Assembly: GCF_001194135.2 (NCBI RefSeq)
Contig: NC_068994.1
Coordinates: forward strand, 42,323,468 to 42,387,467
Length of the DNA: 64,000 nucleotides
Reading direction: 5' to 3'
From: Octopus bimaculoides
Lineage: Eukaryota
Under the pieces are notes generated by a model. The model saw only the letters and a list, made by a program, of their open reading frames with translations, was not told the DNA's origin and made no database searches. Positions within the stretch are counted from its first letter, which is position 1, and each line of letters begins with the position of its first letter. A program made the translations under genes and the position numbers. This document shows, piece after piece, positions 1 through 11,058 of the stretch.

Positions 1-60
1 ACTGATGTTAAGACCAGAACAATCAAATCAATTACACATGTATCGTGGTCTATTTCAGCA

Positions 61-246
61 ATAAACATTATGTTGCTTAGGAATCTTGACACATCTCACC
101 TGCATAATGGAATTTGCTTAATTGTTACATCTATGAAACCCCATATCCTACAAGCAACAATCATAACAGGTAGTCACAAAGGAGAAAATGTCTTTATTCC
201 AAAAATCCCTCTCATACCTACAGATGATCCCTTTGAATTTAAGATA
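61..246 (+). mobile_element. Helitron RepHel PIF1-like helicase fragment (decayed)
   Basis: Translation IMLLRNLDTSHLHNGICLIVTSMKPHILQATIITGSHKGENVFIPKIPLIPTDDPFEFK matches the Helitron helicase stretch LLRNL..P.LCNGTRL.V......IEA.I.TG...GE.V.IPRIP..P.D.PF.F.R; similarity stops before the RLQFP motif. Confidence 0.75.
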
Positions 247-291
247 CACACAAAAGCATAAATATATACATATTTTTTCCAACTAAATATA

Positions 292-678
292 GGTGTGGCT
301 GTGTGGTAAGTAGCTTGCTTACGAACCACATGGTTCCAGGTTCAGTCCCACTGCATGGTACCTTGGGCAAGTGTCTTCTACTATAGCCTTGGGCCGACCA
401 AAGCCTTGTGAGTGGATTTGGTAGACAGAAACTGCAAGAAGCCCGTCGTATATATGTATATATATGAGTATGTGTTTGTGTATCTGTGTTTATCCCTCCA
501 ACATCACTTGGCAACCGATGCTAGTGTGTTTACGTTCCTGTAACTTAGCAGTTCGGCAAAAGAGACCAATAGAATAAGTACTAGGCTTACAAAGAATAAG
601 TCCTGGGGTCGATTTGCTCGACTAAAGGCGGTGCTCCAGCATAGCCACAGTCACATGACTGAAACAAGTAAAAGAGTA

Positions 679-727
<49 letters not shown>

Positions 728-747
728 CAGACATAGATATATATTTG
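292..747 (+). mobile_element. tRNA-derived SINE, family A (full length, with expanded (TA)n tail)
   Basis: Pol III A box TGGCTGTGTGG (~296-306), B box GGTTCAGTCCC (~339-349), CORE-like CCTTGGGCAAGT (361-372); 13-bp TSD CCAACTAAATATA at 279-291 and 748-760; many further copies in the window. Confidence 0.85.
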
Positions 748-1193
748 CCAACTAAATATATATATATATATATATAAATTGATAGATATGAAATATTTAC
801 ATCTGCAAGACAAAATTATGTGTTATTACTGTAGAATAAGGACTAATCAGTAGAATATACATTTAAGTGAAGTATACTTTATATTTGAAATAAGGTAGAC
901 AAATAAAAACAAATTCATGGTTAGAAAGGTTACAGCAGAAGGAATTTATAGTCTGAAAATTTTTTTTTTTTTTAGCATTTTATTTTGAAATATTATTTTA
1001 GAAAGAAAAATACAGAATGAATGAAAGAACTTGAAAGTATACCAAATCACACAATACCAAAATAAAACAAATCAATATTATCAAATAGGTAGATGTTTCT
1101 TGGCAAAGGCTGAATACTGTAAACTATATATATAACTATATATGAGTGTTTACATGTATTTGCTGATGTATGATATAATTATATGTCTGCTGT

Positions 1194-1269
<76 letters not shown>

Positions 1270-1619
1270 ATTTATGTATGTATGTATGTAGGTGTGCATG
1301 AGTGTTAGTGTGTGTGTGTGTTTGTAGGTGTATGAGTTCATATGTCTCTTCTATTTTCTCCTTGTTTTGATGTTGTTTGTACACTGTGTGGAAACAAAGT
1401 TGGTTATTGTCTGTACAAACAGTGTCGTTGTTTACGATCTGCAATGAAAAATGTGTCTGACAATTCAGTTGTTCATTGTTGAAGAACTAGGGGAAGGAAA
1501 TATTGCATTTACTTGAAAATAGGTGAAGTTGAGCAACAGGAAGAACGTCTGTCAGTAGAATATCTGCCTCTTGATATGTTTTGACTGCTCCGTGCCATCA
1601 TTGAAGAAGGATCATTAAA

Positions 1620-1868
1620 ATGATGATGATGGTAGTGATGATGACAACGACGATGATGATCTTTATCATCACCATCATGGATGTCATAGTTGTTGTTGTC
1701 ATTATAATCATCATCATCATGGCTGTCATAATTGTTGTCATTATCATCCTTGTCGTCGTCGCTGTCATCATCTTCATCATCATCATCATCATCATTATCA
1801 TCATCGACAGGAGCAGAAGCAGCAGCAATCACATCAGTAGCCTCGATAGCAGCTACAATAGCAACCAC
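1620..1868. repeat. Degenerate (GAT)n/(CAT)n then (AGC)n trinucleotide tract
   Basis: Visible low-complexity tract; produces the poly-M/I/D ORFs on both strands. Confidence 0.9.
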
Positions 1869-1879
1869 ACCAAATGTAT

Positions 1880-2050
1880 ATTTACATCCGTTTTTCTAGG
1901 TCGGCATGGGTTGAATGTTCTCAAAGGATATCTGATGAGTCAGAGGTTCCATGACTTCCTCCAGCATCTTAGCTATGGCCTGTTTTCAAAGCTGAATGAT
2001 CCTCCTAATACCAGTCATTTTATGGACTATATAGAGCATGTTTTTACCTC
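1880..2050 (-). mobile_element. Degenerate RTE LINE 3' end
   Basis: TTTACATCCGTTTTTCTAGGTCGGCATGGGTTG...GCTGAATGATCCTCCTAATACCAGTC aligns with the young copies (TTTAACGTCCGCTTTCCATGCTAGCATGGGTTGG...GCTGGATGCCCTTCCTAACGCCAACC); adjoins a (CAT)n tract. Confidence 0.55.
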
Positions 2051-2204
2051 ACACCTGAGTAATAGGGGCTGCTTTTCCTCCATCGAGAATAAAGAGTTCT
2101 CTCAACCCCACATTGTGTACTCAATTTGCCAAACCTCACTCTGCAGAGTATTGTCACAGATATATGTATATATATATATATATACATACATACGTACAAA
2201 TGGT

Positions 2205-2365
2205 GCAGGTGTGGCAGTGTGGTTCTAGCTTCAGTCTCACTGTTGCACCTTGGACATGCAGTAGGGCTATAGCTTGGGCTGGCCAATGTTTCATGAGTGG
2301 CTTTCATAGATGGAAACTGAAACAAGCATGTTGTATGTGTGCTTGTGTGTGTGTGTGTGTGCATG
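2205..2365 (+). mobile_element. SINE family A, degenerate 5' half
   Basis: Similar to 292-460 (GGTGTGGCAGTGTGG...CACCTTGGAC...GATGGAAACTGAAAC). Confidence 0.65.
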
Positions 2366-3134
2366 GATACCAATTACTAAAATAATTGTATGTATATATG
2401 TCAATATATCTATTGTAAAAGAAAATCTACTGTAAGGTTATATATATAAATTATCCATAGAAATGACACTTGTATTTAGTAATAGATTAGAATTACAAAC
2501 TGATTTATATGCATGTATATGTATATCTATCTATCTATCTATCTATATATATATATATATATATACTTATATATAAAGGGCATTAACTGTATATTAATGC
2601 CTCACGCTTCGAGGGACTAAATAAGTAAAAAACTACCAAAAGAATAAGCAACATATTTACTGAAAGCGAGGGAATGCAGCTTTCAAAATTTATCTCTTAA
2701 AAACATTTAACTCAATGGTAGACCACTGGTTTCTCAATCAAATACAGAAAAACTGTGAAGTAACCTGTATTCTTTTGTTCATCAGTACACGTATGGTCAA
2801 GATGCATAAAGAATAAACAAGAATCAACCTACCACGATGTAGCCATCACAGTATGACGATTTTCGTTCATGATTATATATCCATGAAAGAGATTTGAATT
2901 TTTCCAGTTGCATCTCAGTAACATGTGCTTATACAGAATAATATTCAGCACTGAATATATTCTAATTATTTATAATATAATATAGGATAAATTCTTTATA
3001 AGAATTTATCAAGTAGTCAGCGTGAAAAAACCTCAAAATGAAAAANNNNNNNNNNNNNNNNNNNNNNNNNNNNNNNNNNNNNNNNNNNNNNNNNNNNNNN
3101 NNNNNAACGAAAAATTTTCGTAATGAAAAAAATA

Positions 3135-3175
<41 letters not shown>

Positions 3176-3431
3176 GGAAAAGCTATAAAAATTGTCTGAT
3201 TCTGTCTGCTAACACAAACTAAAATAGCTAAAAGCTGTATGAAACATCTGGAATAAGTAATATAAATTTTAATGAAAAAATAATATGAACTGAATTTAGA
3301 CAAATTAAATTAAACTAACAACAGCATTTTTTTAAATAAATTTTGTGTATGAAGTAATGGTGGTGAGATAACAGACCAATGCCACACATGTGTGAACTGA
3401 AACTAAAGAGTGTAATATCAAGTGTATAAAA

Positions 3432-3775
3432 ATGGCACATGGCTCAGTGATTAGAATGTTGGACTCATAATCATGAGGTACTTAGTTTGATTCCTAGACT
3501 GGGCAGTGTGTTGTGTTCTTGAGCAAGACTCTTTATTTCTTGTTACACCAGTTCACTTAGCTGAAGAGTGCCAAGCTGTATCGGCCTTTGCCTTTCTCTT
3601 GGACAACATCGGTGGCATAGAAAGGGGAGGGTGCTATGCATGGGTGACTGCTGGTCTTCCATAAACAACCTTGCCCAGACTTATACCTCAGTGGGGAACT
3701 TTCTAGGTGCATCCTATGGTCATTCATGACTGAAAGGGGTCTTTACCCTTTTACCATATACTTTTACACTTTTTA
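3432..3775 (+). mobile_element. tRNA-derived SINE, family D
   Basis: A box TGGCTCAGTGA, B-box-like GTTTGATTCC, CORE-like TGTGTTCTTGAGCAAG; short (CTTTTA)-type tail. Confidence 0.65.
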
Positions 3776-5194
3776 GCCATTTATATAAAACTCGTCCTAC
3801 ATAACTCACACTTTATTAACCAATCCCACATATCTATGCGTTATTTTATTTTTATTGTATTTTGTATTTATTTATATATTATGTAATATCTACGCTTTCA
3901 AATTACCAAAAGCATTGTTCTTCTAACATGCTTTATTCACTTTTGCACATTTATATTACATTCTTTAGATCTAATTCCAGAAGTGTCTGTGGTAATGGTT
4001 ATGCTAGCTTCTTGCTATTACCTTTAAATCAGTACAAACATTCTCAAACTTTCAGATCTTTTTCTTAGGTTGTTTGACACTAATGGAAGTAGGTGGTCCT
4101 CTCTTGGGTGTTGAAATCATGATGATATATATTAGGTTGTTGATGAGGAAATTCCCTAGCTGTGTTAAACTGGATTTCATTTGGTAGTTACGCCTCTGCT
4201 TGTTGTTAATGTCCAGTGGTTTCTTTTTATGTTGATTGTTTCGTTATGCAGTGCTTTATGGGGATTATGCAGGTTCTTAGGTCATTTCTGATCCAAGGTG
4301 GAATTAGCCATGAGGTTAGATCTAATTATATTTTAGCATAGTCAAATTGCCATGATACAATAAATATGAAGCATATATATACATACACCCACTCATACAG
4401 AAGCATGCAAATATATACTTGAATATACTGTTGCAGGTGATATATATATATATATAACATAACTACAGCATCAGAAGCCTTTTAACATCCACTTTTCTGT
4501 GCTTGTATGGGTCAGAAGGAAATTTTGTAGCACATTTTCTAGAAAGCAAGTTAATGTGTATTTAAATTTTTTTTTTTTTTTTTATAGTTTCAGCTTATAG
4601 CTGCGGCCATGCTGATGCAATGTATATATGCATAATACACACACACACACATATAGGTATATATATATATATACATACACACACACACACATATACATAT
4701 ATATATATATGTATATGCAGGGTGCAATGAATAAACTGTCATCTAAGTTATACAAAAGTGAAAATAACACNNNNNNNNNNNNNNNNNNNNNNNNNNNNNN
4801 NNNNNNNNNNNNNNNNNNNNNNNNNNNNNNNNNNNNNNNNNNNNNNNNNNNNNNNNNNNNNNNNNNNNNNNNNNNNNNNNNNNNNNNNNNNNNNNNNNNN
4901 NNNNNNNNNNNNNNNNNNNNNNNNNNNNNNNNNNNNNNNNNNNNNNNNNNNNNNNNNNNNNNNNNNNNNNNNNNNNNNNNNNNNNNNNNNNNNTATATAT
5001 ATTATGCACTGAATTTGATTTGAATTTGGTGAGAGACTCTTCAAGACATAATGGATTACAGTGTGGCGAGATGGATTTTTTCATTTTAGGTACAGTGTGA
5101 CCTGCTGAGGAGAATTAAGGCTCGACCCAGAATTTGAAATCAGGATCCCAGTATATCTGTCACCTTATACTATGGCTTATTAGCTGAGAAAATA

Positions 5195-5379
5195 TGTTAC
5201 TGTCGTTTTAGCCCCAGGAAAACATCTTTTTCAGCTGGTCATTGACACACTCTGTGTCCATATATCTTTTGTAAGGGAGGTCATCGTTCCCATCTCTAGC
5301 CTTGTGATATTCACAGACCTAAGTTTCTGGATTGTTGCCCATCCTCACTGTGAGAAAACCACAAGCTAGTGATGAAAGC
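5195..5379. mobile_element. Partial copy of the fold-back element at 5446-5931 (one arm plus inverted loop)
   Basis: 5195-5335 is a direct repeat of 5545-5685; 5348-5379 is the reverse complement of the loop at ~5683-5712. Confidence 0.7.
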
Positions 5380-5445
5380 TCTCCCCACTTGCAAATATTA
5401 TATATTCTTTAAGCAACACACAGTTGCTGATCTCTTATAGTGACA

Positions 5446-5931
5446 AACAATTGTTATAGATCTCTGAGCAAGAGATATACAGCAACAGTACTAAATAGTA
5501 AAGTTTATATTGCCAACAGAATGTGGCAGTCCTATAAAGGATGATGTTACTGTTGTTTTAGCCTCAGGGAAACGTTTTTCCAGCTGGCCATTGTCACACA
5601 TTCTGTGTCCGTATAGCATGTGCTAGGGAGGTCATCGTTCCCATTTCTAGCCTTCCATGATACTCACAGACGTACGTTTCTAGGTTTCATTGCTAGCTTG
5701 TGGCTTCTCACACTGCAGACAGGTAACCACCTAGAAACCTAGGTCTGTGAGTAACATGTTACGCTAGAGATGGCAGCGATGACCTCCCTTAAAAATGCTA
5801 TAGGAACACAGACTGCTAAAACAACAGTAACACCTTTCTTTATAGGACTGCCACATTCTGTTAGCATATAAATTTTACTATTTAGTACTGTTACTGCATA
5901 TCTCTCACTCAGAGATTTAAAACAAATTGTT
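5446..5931. mobile_element. Fold-back (palindromic) MITE-like element, ~490 bp
   Basis: Arm ~5446-5685 is an imperfect reverse complement of ~5715-5931 (e.g. AACAGTACTAAATAGTAAA and AACAGAATGTGGCAGTCCTATAAAG on both arms). Confidence 0.75.
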
Positions 5932-6699
5932 TTTCTCTGTATGTATATACAATTTACACACACACACATATATATATATATATAAAGAGAGAGAGAGAGA
6001 GACATATATATATATACATACATACATACATATATATATACATACATAGATATATATATACATACACATGTATAAATATATACATATGTGTGTGTAGATA
6101 GATACATAGATATATAAATAAACACACACATTTACACATAAAGGGAAAGAGAGAGAGAGGGAGTCAGCTGGGGGAGATAATTTAAATAATCCAGTGACAT
6201 GAATTTAGGCAATTCAGATAGCAGCTGATGTGTTTAAATGACATACACAAAACAGTCTTAATGAATTGAAATTTGGTCTTTAGTTGGAGAAAGAAGACAA
6301 GTACCTGCCTGTAATTCTTAATGACTACCAAAGAAAAATAGAGATAATTTCAAGAATTTAAGAACCAGTGTCACAGAAAATTTAGATACTTAAAAGGGAA
6401 AAAAATCTGTCCTTTGTTAGCAAGCAAGGTGACAGTTACCAATTAGCATTTTGTGCTTTTGTTTGTGTGCATAATTTAATGGAATCTGTATTTTTGTGTA
6501 CTTAACTGTTCACTTATGAATAAGTGCATGAATGTGTGTGAAAATGTTTGAATTTGTGTGTTTTGTGTGGAGTTTTGTATGTGTATATGTGCATGAAAGA
6601 ATGCGTGTTAGTAAATAAAGCTGCATGTACACACTCAGACATATACACCTTGATATCAAATTAAGAAGTAATAGGGCTTGCAATTTTCAGCATGTAGAC

Positions 6700-7510
6700 A
6701 TGTGAGTGTGTGTGTATTTGTGCATGCATGAGGCAAGTGTTTAGTGTGTATGTATGTGTGCCTGTGTGGTATGTATTTGCATATAAATATTTGTGTGTGT
6801 AGGTATGCATGTGTGTATGTGTATTCATATGACATGCAAACACAAGCATATATATACACACATGCATACAAGCACACTTAAACACATACACGCATGCACA
6901 CACAAGCATATACACGCTTCCCCCCCACACACACATGCTAAAAATCTCATATATACATGCACACATGCATATACACACACATAAGGCTTCATGTGTGTGT
7001 ACTTGTGCATGCATGAGCCAAGTGTTTAGTATGTGTGTATGTGTGTGGTGTGTATTTGCATATAAATATTTGTGTGTAGGTATGCATGTGTGTATGTGCA
7101 TTCCTATGACACATGTAAGCACACAAGCATACATATACACATGCATACAAACACACTACAATACATACACACATGCACACGCAAGCTTACACACGCCTCC
7201 CCCACACACATGCAAAAACTCATATACACATGCACACATGCATACACACACATAAGGTTTCGTATGTTTAGTTTCTGTAAGCATACAAGCTTTAGTATAT
7301 GTGAATGTTTACTATATATGTGAGAGAATATCTACACACACACACACACCCGCACACATACACTGAAACACATACACACATGCACACACTCATATACACA
7401 CATGCACACACTCACATACACACATAAGTTTTCATATTCTGAATTTCTGTAAGCATACAAGCTGTAGCATATGTAAATGTTTACTATATGTGTAATTGTA
7501 TATATCTACA
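6700..7510. repeat. Compound tandem duplication of CA/TG-rich units
   Basis: ~290-bp unit at ~6700-6989 is repeated at ~6990-7260; ~90-bp unit at ~7250-7340 is repeated at ~7425-7510. Confidence 0.8.
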
Positions 7511-7562
7511 TAGGTACGCACATATACACACACACACACACGTGCTCGCACACACACACGTG

Positions 7563-7604
<42 letters not shown>

Positions 7605-8368
7605 ACTCACATATACATAAAAGATTTCCATAATACATTTCAGGAAAAAAGTTCAACTAACTACTTTCAGAAACAATAATGATCAGAGGATTATTTTCTC
7701 TTTCCAAAACTTGTGACAACATTTAAACTCACGAAAGTTAGGCCAAAATATTTCAATATGAGCAACCTTGTTATCTCCAGCAATATTTGACATTACATAT
7801 ACAATTCTAGAAGGCAGCAGAATTTTCTAGAAATAAAATACAATCTAGTTTGAAATATGTCAAAAGTCTTGCAGAGAATTGCAGCCAATCACTTTGAGGT
7901 ATCGGTCTCAGCAAAAAGAATCCAGCCAATAAATGTGCTGGAGCATTTATATGATTAAGTTTAAACACCTCAGGTGCCTTGCTTTTTAAAAGTAAAAAGA
8001 TGTCTTTAGCACTAAAGCAAAGAAGCATCAAATCATAACACCACCTAGAAACCACTCAGAATGTTAAGATTTTTGCACATAAAAATCTAAAACAGTTACT
8101 GATCTATTGATTGCAAAAAAACTGCTGCAGTTGCAACAGAAAACACTCAGAATCCTTCATTTTTTTGTGGGAGAGGACACACTCGTAGGGTTACTGTACT
8201 TTTATACCAATAACTCATTGACAATCAGCTTGTACTTTCAACCAGCACCCGTAACATAGAGCCAAGCACCAATCAAAATGCTAAAACATTGCAATATTTA
8301 GAAAAGCAGCAGTCTTGAAGATTTATAACAGCATTTTGCTCTTATGTGCATTTTTGTGGTGTGATACT

Positions 8369-8764
8369 CAGGGCTGGATTAAGACTCGTAGAGGCCCTAA
8401 GCACTTAACAGATTTTGGTGCCCCCATGTATATGAAATTCAAAATATTAACAATAATAAACCATAAAATAATTTTATATTTTTCAAAATGAAACAAAACT
8501 AAAAGAAAGCTGAAAAGATTTTTTTATATATATTTTCTCCTTTTTTTTTTAAATTGCAAAGTCTTTGATCAGATCCTCAAAATTAATCTTACGTAACACA
8601 TCTACTTCTATACATAATAGAGATAAGATATCCTGAATATTATTTTAGCAAGTTTAAAGTGATTTCTTCTGTGCTGTAAACCATTTACCGTTTCTGTGGT
8701 GCCTCCTCCTTCCCCCGATACTCTATGTACATGCTTATTTTGCTTAATGGTTGATCCAGCTCTG
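8369..8764. mobile_element. hAT-type MITE (396 bp)
   Basis: 14-bp TIRs CAGGGCTGGATTAA / TTGATCCAGCTCTG (12/14 match); 8-bp flanks GTGATACT and GTGACTCT (6/8), consistent with an old hAT TSD. Confidence 0.7.
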
Positions 8765-9038
8765 GTGACTCTATATCAGCCATTCATGATCTTGGAATAG
8801 AAACATTGCTAAAACTTTGATCAATTAATTCTAATGTTTAAAACTAGATCCAGGTTTTCAGTAACCCAGAAAGTGTCAAAATAGACATTTTAAATGCAGG
8901 TGAAGCTGCTTGTACAATGGTGCCTTATTTGACACTCTCATACAGCAGGACTTCCACCTTAAAGTATTTATCTTTATCTTGGGTTGCTTCATTTTATGTC
9001 ACAGATGTACTAGACTATAACTTCAGGTACAAAATACT

Positions 9039-9240
9039 CTTTTCTACTCTAGGCACAAGGCCTGAAATTTTTGTGGGGAAGGTGCCAGTCAATTAGGCCA
9101 ACTGGTACTTAATTTATCGATCCAGAAAAGATGAAAGGCAAAGTCGACCTTGGCAAAATTTGAACTCAGAACGTAGCAACAGACGAAATACCACTAGGTA
9201 TTTCGTCCGGTGTTCTAACGAATCTGCCAGCTTGCTGCCT
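9039..9240 (-). mobile_element. tRNA-derived SINE, family B (tail type 1)
   Basis: Head GGCAGCAAGCTGGCAGATTCGTTAG, B box GAGTTCAAATT; perfect 17-bp TSD TTCAGGTACAAAATACT at 9022-9038 and 9241-9257. Confidence 0.85.
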
Positions 9241-9295
9241 TTCAGGTACAAAATACTGTAAGGATTGTTTACTCTCATTGACATTTCTTAATTCT

Positions 9296-9528
9296 TATTT
9301 CTTTACTGCCCACAAGGGGCTACACACAGAGGGGACAAACAAGGATAGACAAATGGATTAAGTCGATTATATCGACCCCAGTGCGTAACTGGTACTTATT
9401 TAATCGACCCCAAAAGGATGAAAAACAAAGTCAACCTTGACAGAATTTGAACTCAGAAAGTAGCAGCAGACGAAATACCGCTAAGCATTTCACCTGGCAT
9501 GCTAACATTTCTGCCAGCTCACCACCCA
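9296..9528 (-). mobile_element. tRNA-derived SINE, family B (tail type 2)
   Basis: Same head and body as the previous copy; perfect 17-bp TSD TGACATTTCTTAATTCT at 9279-9295 and 9529-9545. Confidence 0.85.
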
Positions 9529-10620
9529 TGACATTTCTTAATTCTAGTGGCATATGGTTATACATACACAACATACACTCATTCACTTGAAACTGATTAT
9601 ATAACAAAAAAAGATTAGTGCTTAAACATAAATTGCCAACAGGATTACATTAGAATCTTAAAAATATATTTATAAATAAGGGCATAGTCGGGGGTTCATA
9701 TTATATAAGAGGGTAATATACATAACTCCTTTTTTTTTGGCAACAAAATGTAGTGGAGTGCATTAATTTTGAGACTGCATTGTATTCATGTATATGGGAT
9801 AAATATGATATATAAACACGTATACATACATATACGTGTGTGTGTGTGTGTATCAATTTACTGTTATATCCCATGGTGCCAAGTAAAAATAATAACTTCA
9901 CAGAATGACTAACTCACAGAATAAGTTCAAATTAGGATGAAATCGTGTAAAATTGCTTTCTCTAAAATGTATGAAGAACTGATGAAGGATGTGAATCTAC
10001 AATCTCCTATCATCTTGATAGTCGGCATAACATCAAAAGCAATGTATTCTAATGATACAGAATGCCCTCTCACTGATGTCCACAATTGCTGTTATGATGT
10101 CGAGACAGTTGTTATTCTTCTGTATGGTGAATGGAGCTTATTTGAACAAATATTAGTTATTCCAGAATGGATAAAAACAAAAACAAAAATAAAATAATTT
10201 AAAAAAATCTCTGAGAGAATGGTATAGATGAAATAGAATATAATAAAAAAAAAAACAGAAATAGAAAAGAAATAAATAAATATAAGACAAAATGGAGGGG
10301 GAACTGAATGTAAGCAAATGAAATAAAACGATTGCAATGTAATGACAAATATCAAAGAAGACTCGCAGAAAAAGCCATTTTTGATATGGCAGAACAGTAA
10401 AAATTGTAGTTCATCCTTTGCTATGTAATCAAGCCAGTAGCTACGTAATGGCTCACACAAGACCATCATTTGTGTTCATTTAGAAATTCTTATTGGCTTT
10501 AAAAAGTAAGAAGGCCTCTTCTAAACAAGACACACAAAATTACTAATACTTGCGCAGGCATGCATTTTCATAAACACAATTAGGATTATATTCACTCATA
10601 TGCATACATAACTGCATACA

Positions 10621-10660
<40 letters not shown>

Positions 10661-11024
10661 AATATATGCACACATACATACAACATGAGTACATAAGAAC
10701 ACAACTGATATATGATGTACATGCATACTATTCACTCATGTGGCCATATACATCATTTTATCTCTGCTGCTGCTGACACTAAGAAGTTCACACAGTGAAG
10801 TGCATGACTGTATACACATAGATAAACATACACACACACACACACGTGCGTACATACTTGTGCATATGCACATCCGCACGCATGCAGCAATAAACATCTA
10901 ACATTATATTCACCTGCATTACCAACTTTTACAGATAAACGTATAGACTTGCACCAATAATTACACACACATAAGCATGTTCACACACACACACACACAC
11001 ACATACATATGCTGCTATACTTAT

Positions 11025-11058
<34 letters not shown>

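Noticed and set aside
1620-2228. 202-aa ORF and the overlapping poly-M/I/D ORFs
   Set aside because: Built from degenerate (GAT/CAT)n, a decayed RTE UTR and (TA)n; no protein-like content.
3880-4330. Penelope GIY-YIG remnant on the minus strand
   Set aside because: No intact motif could be reconstructed.
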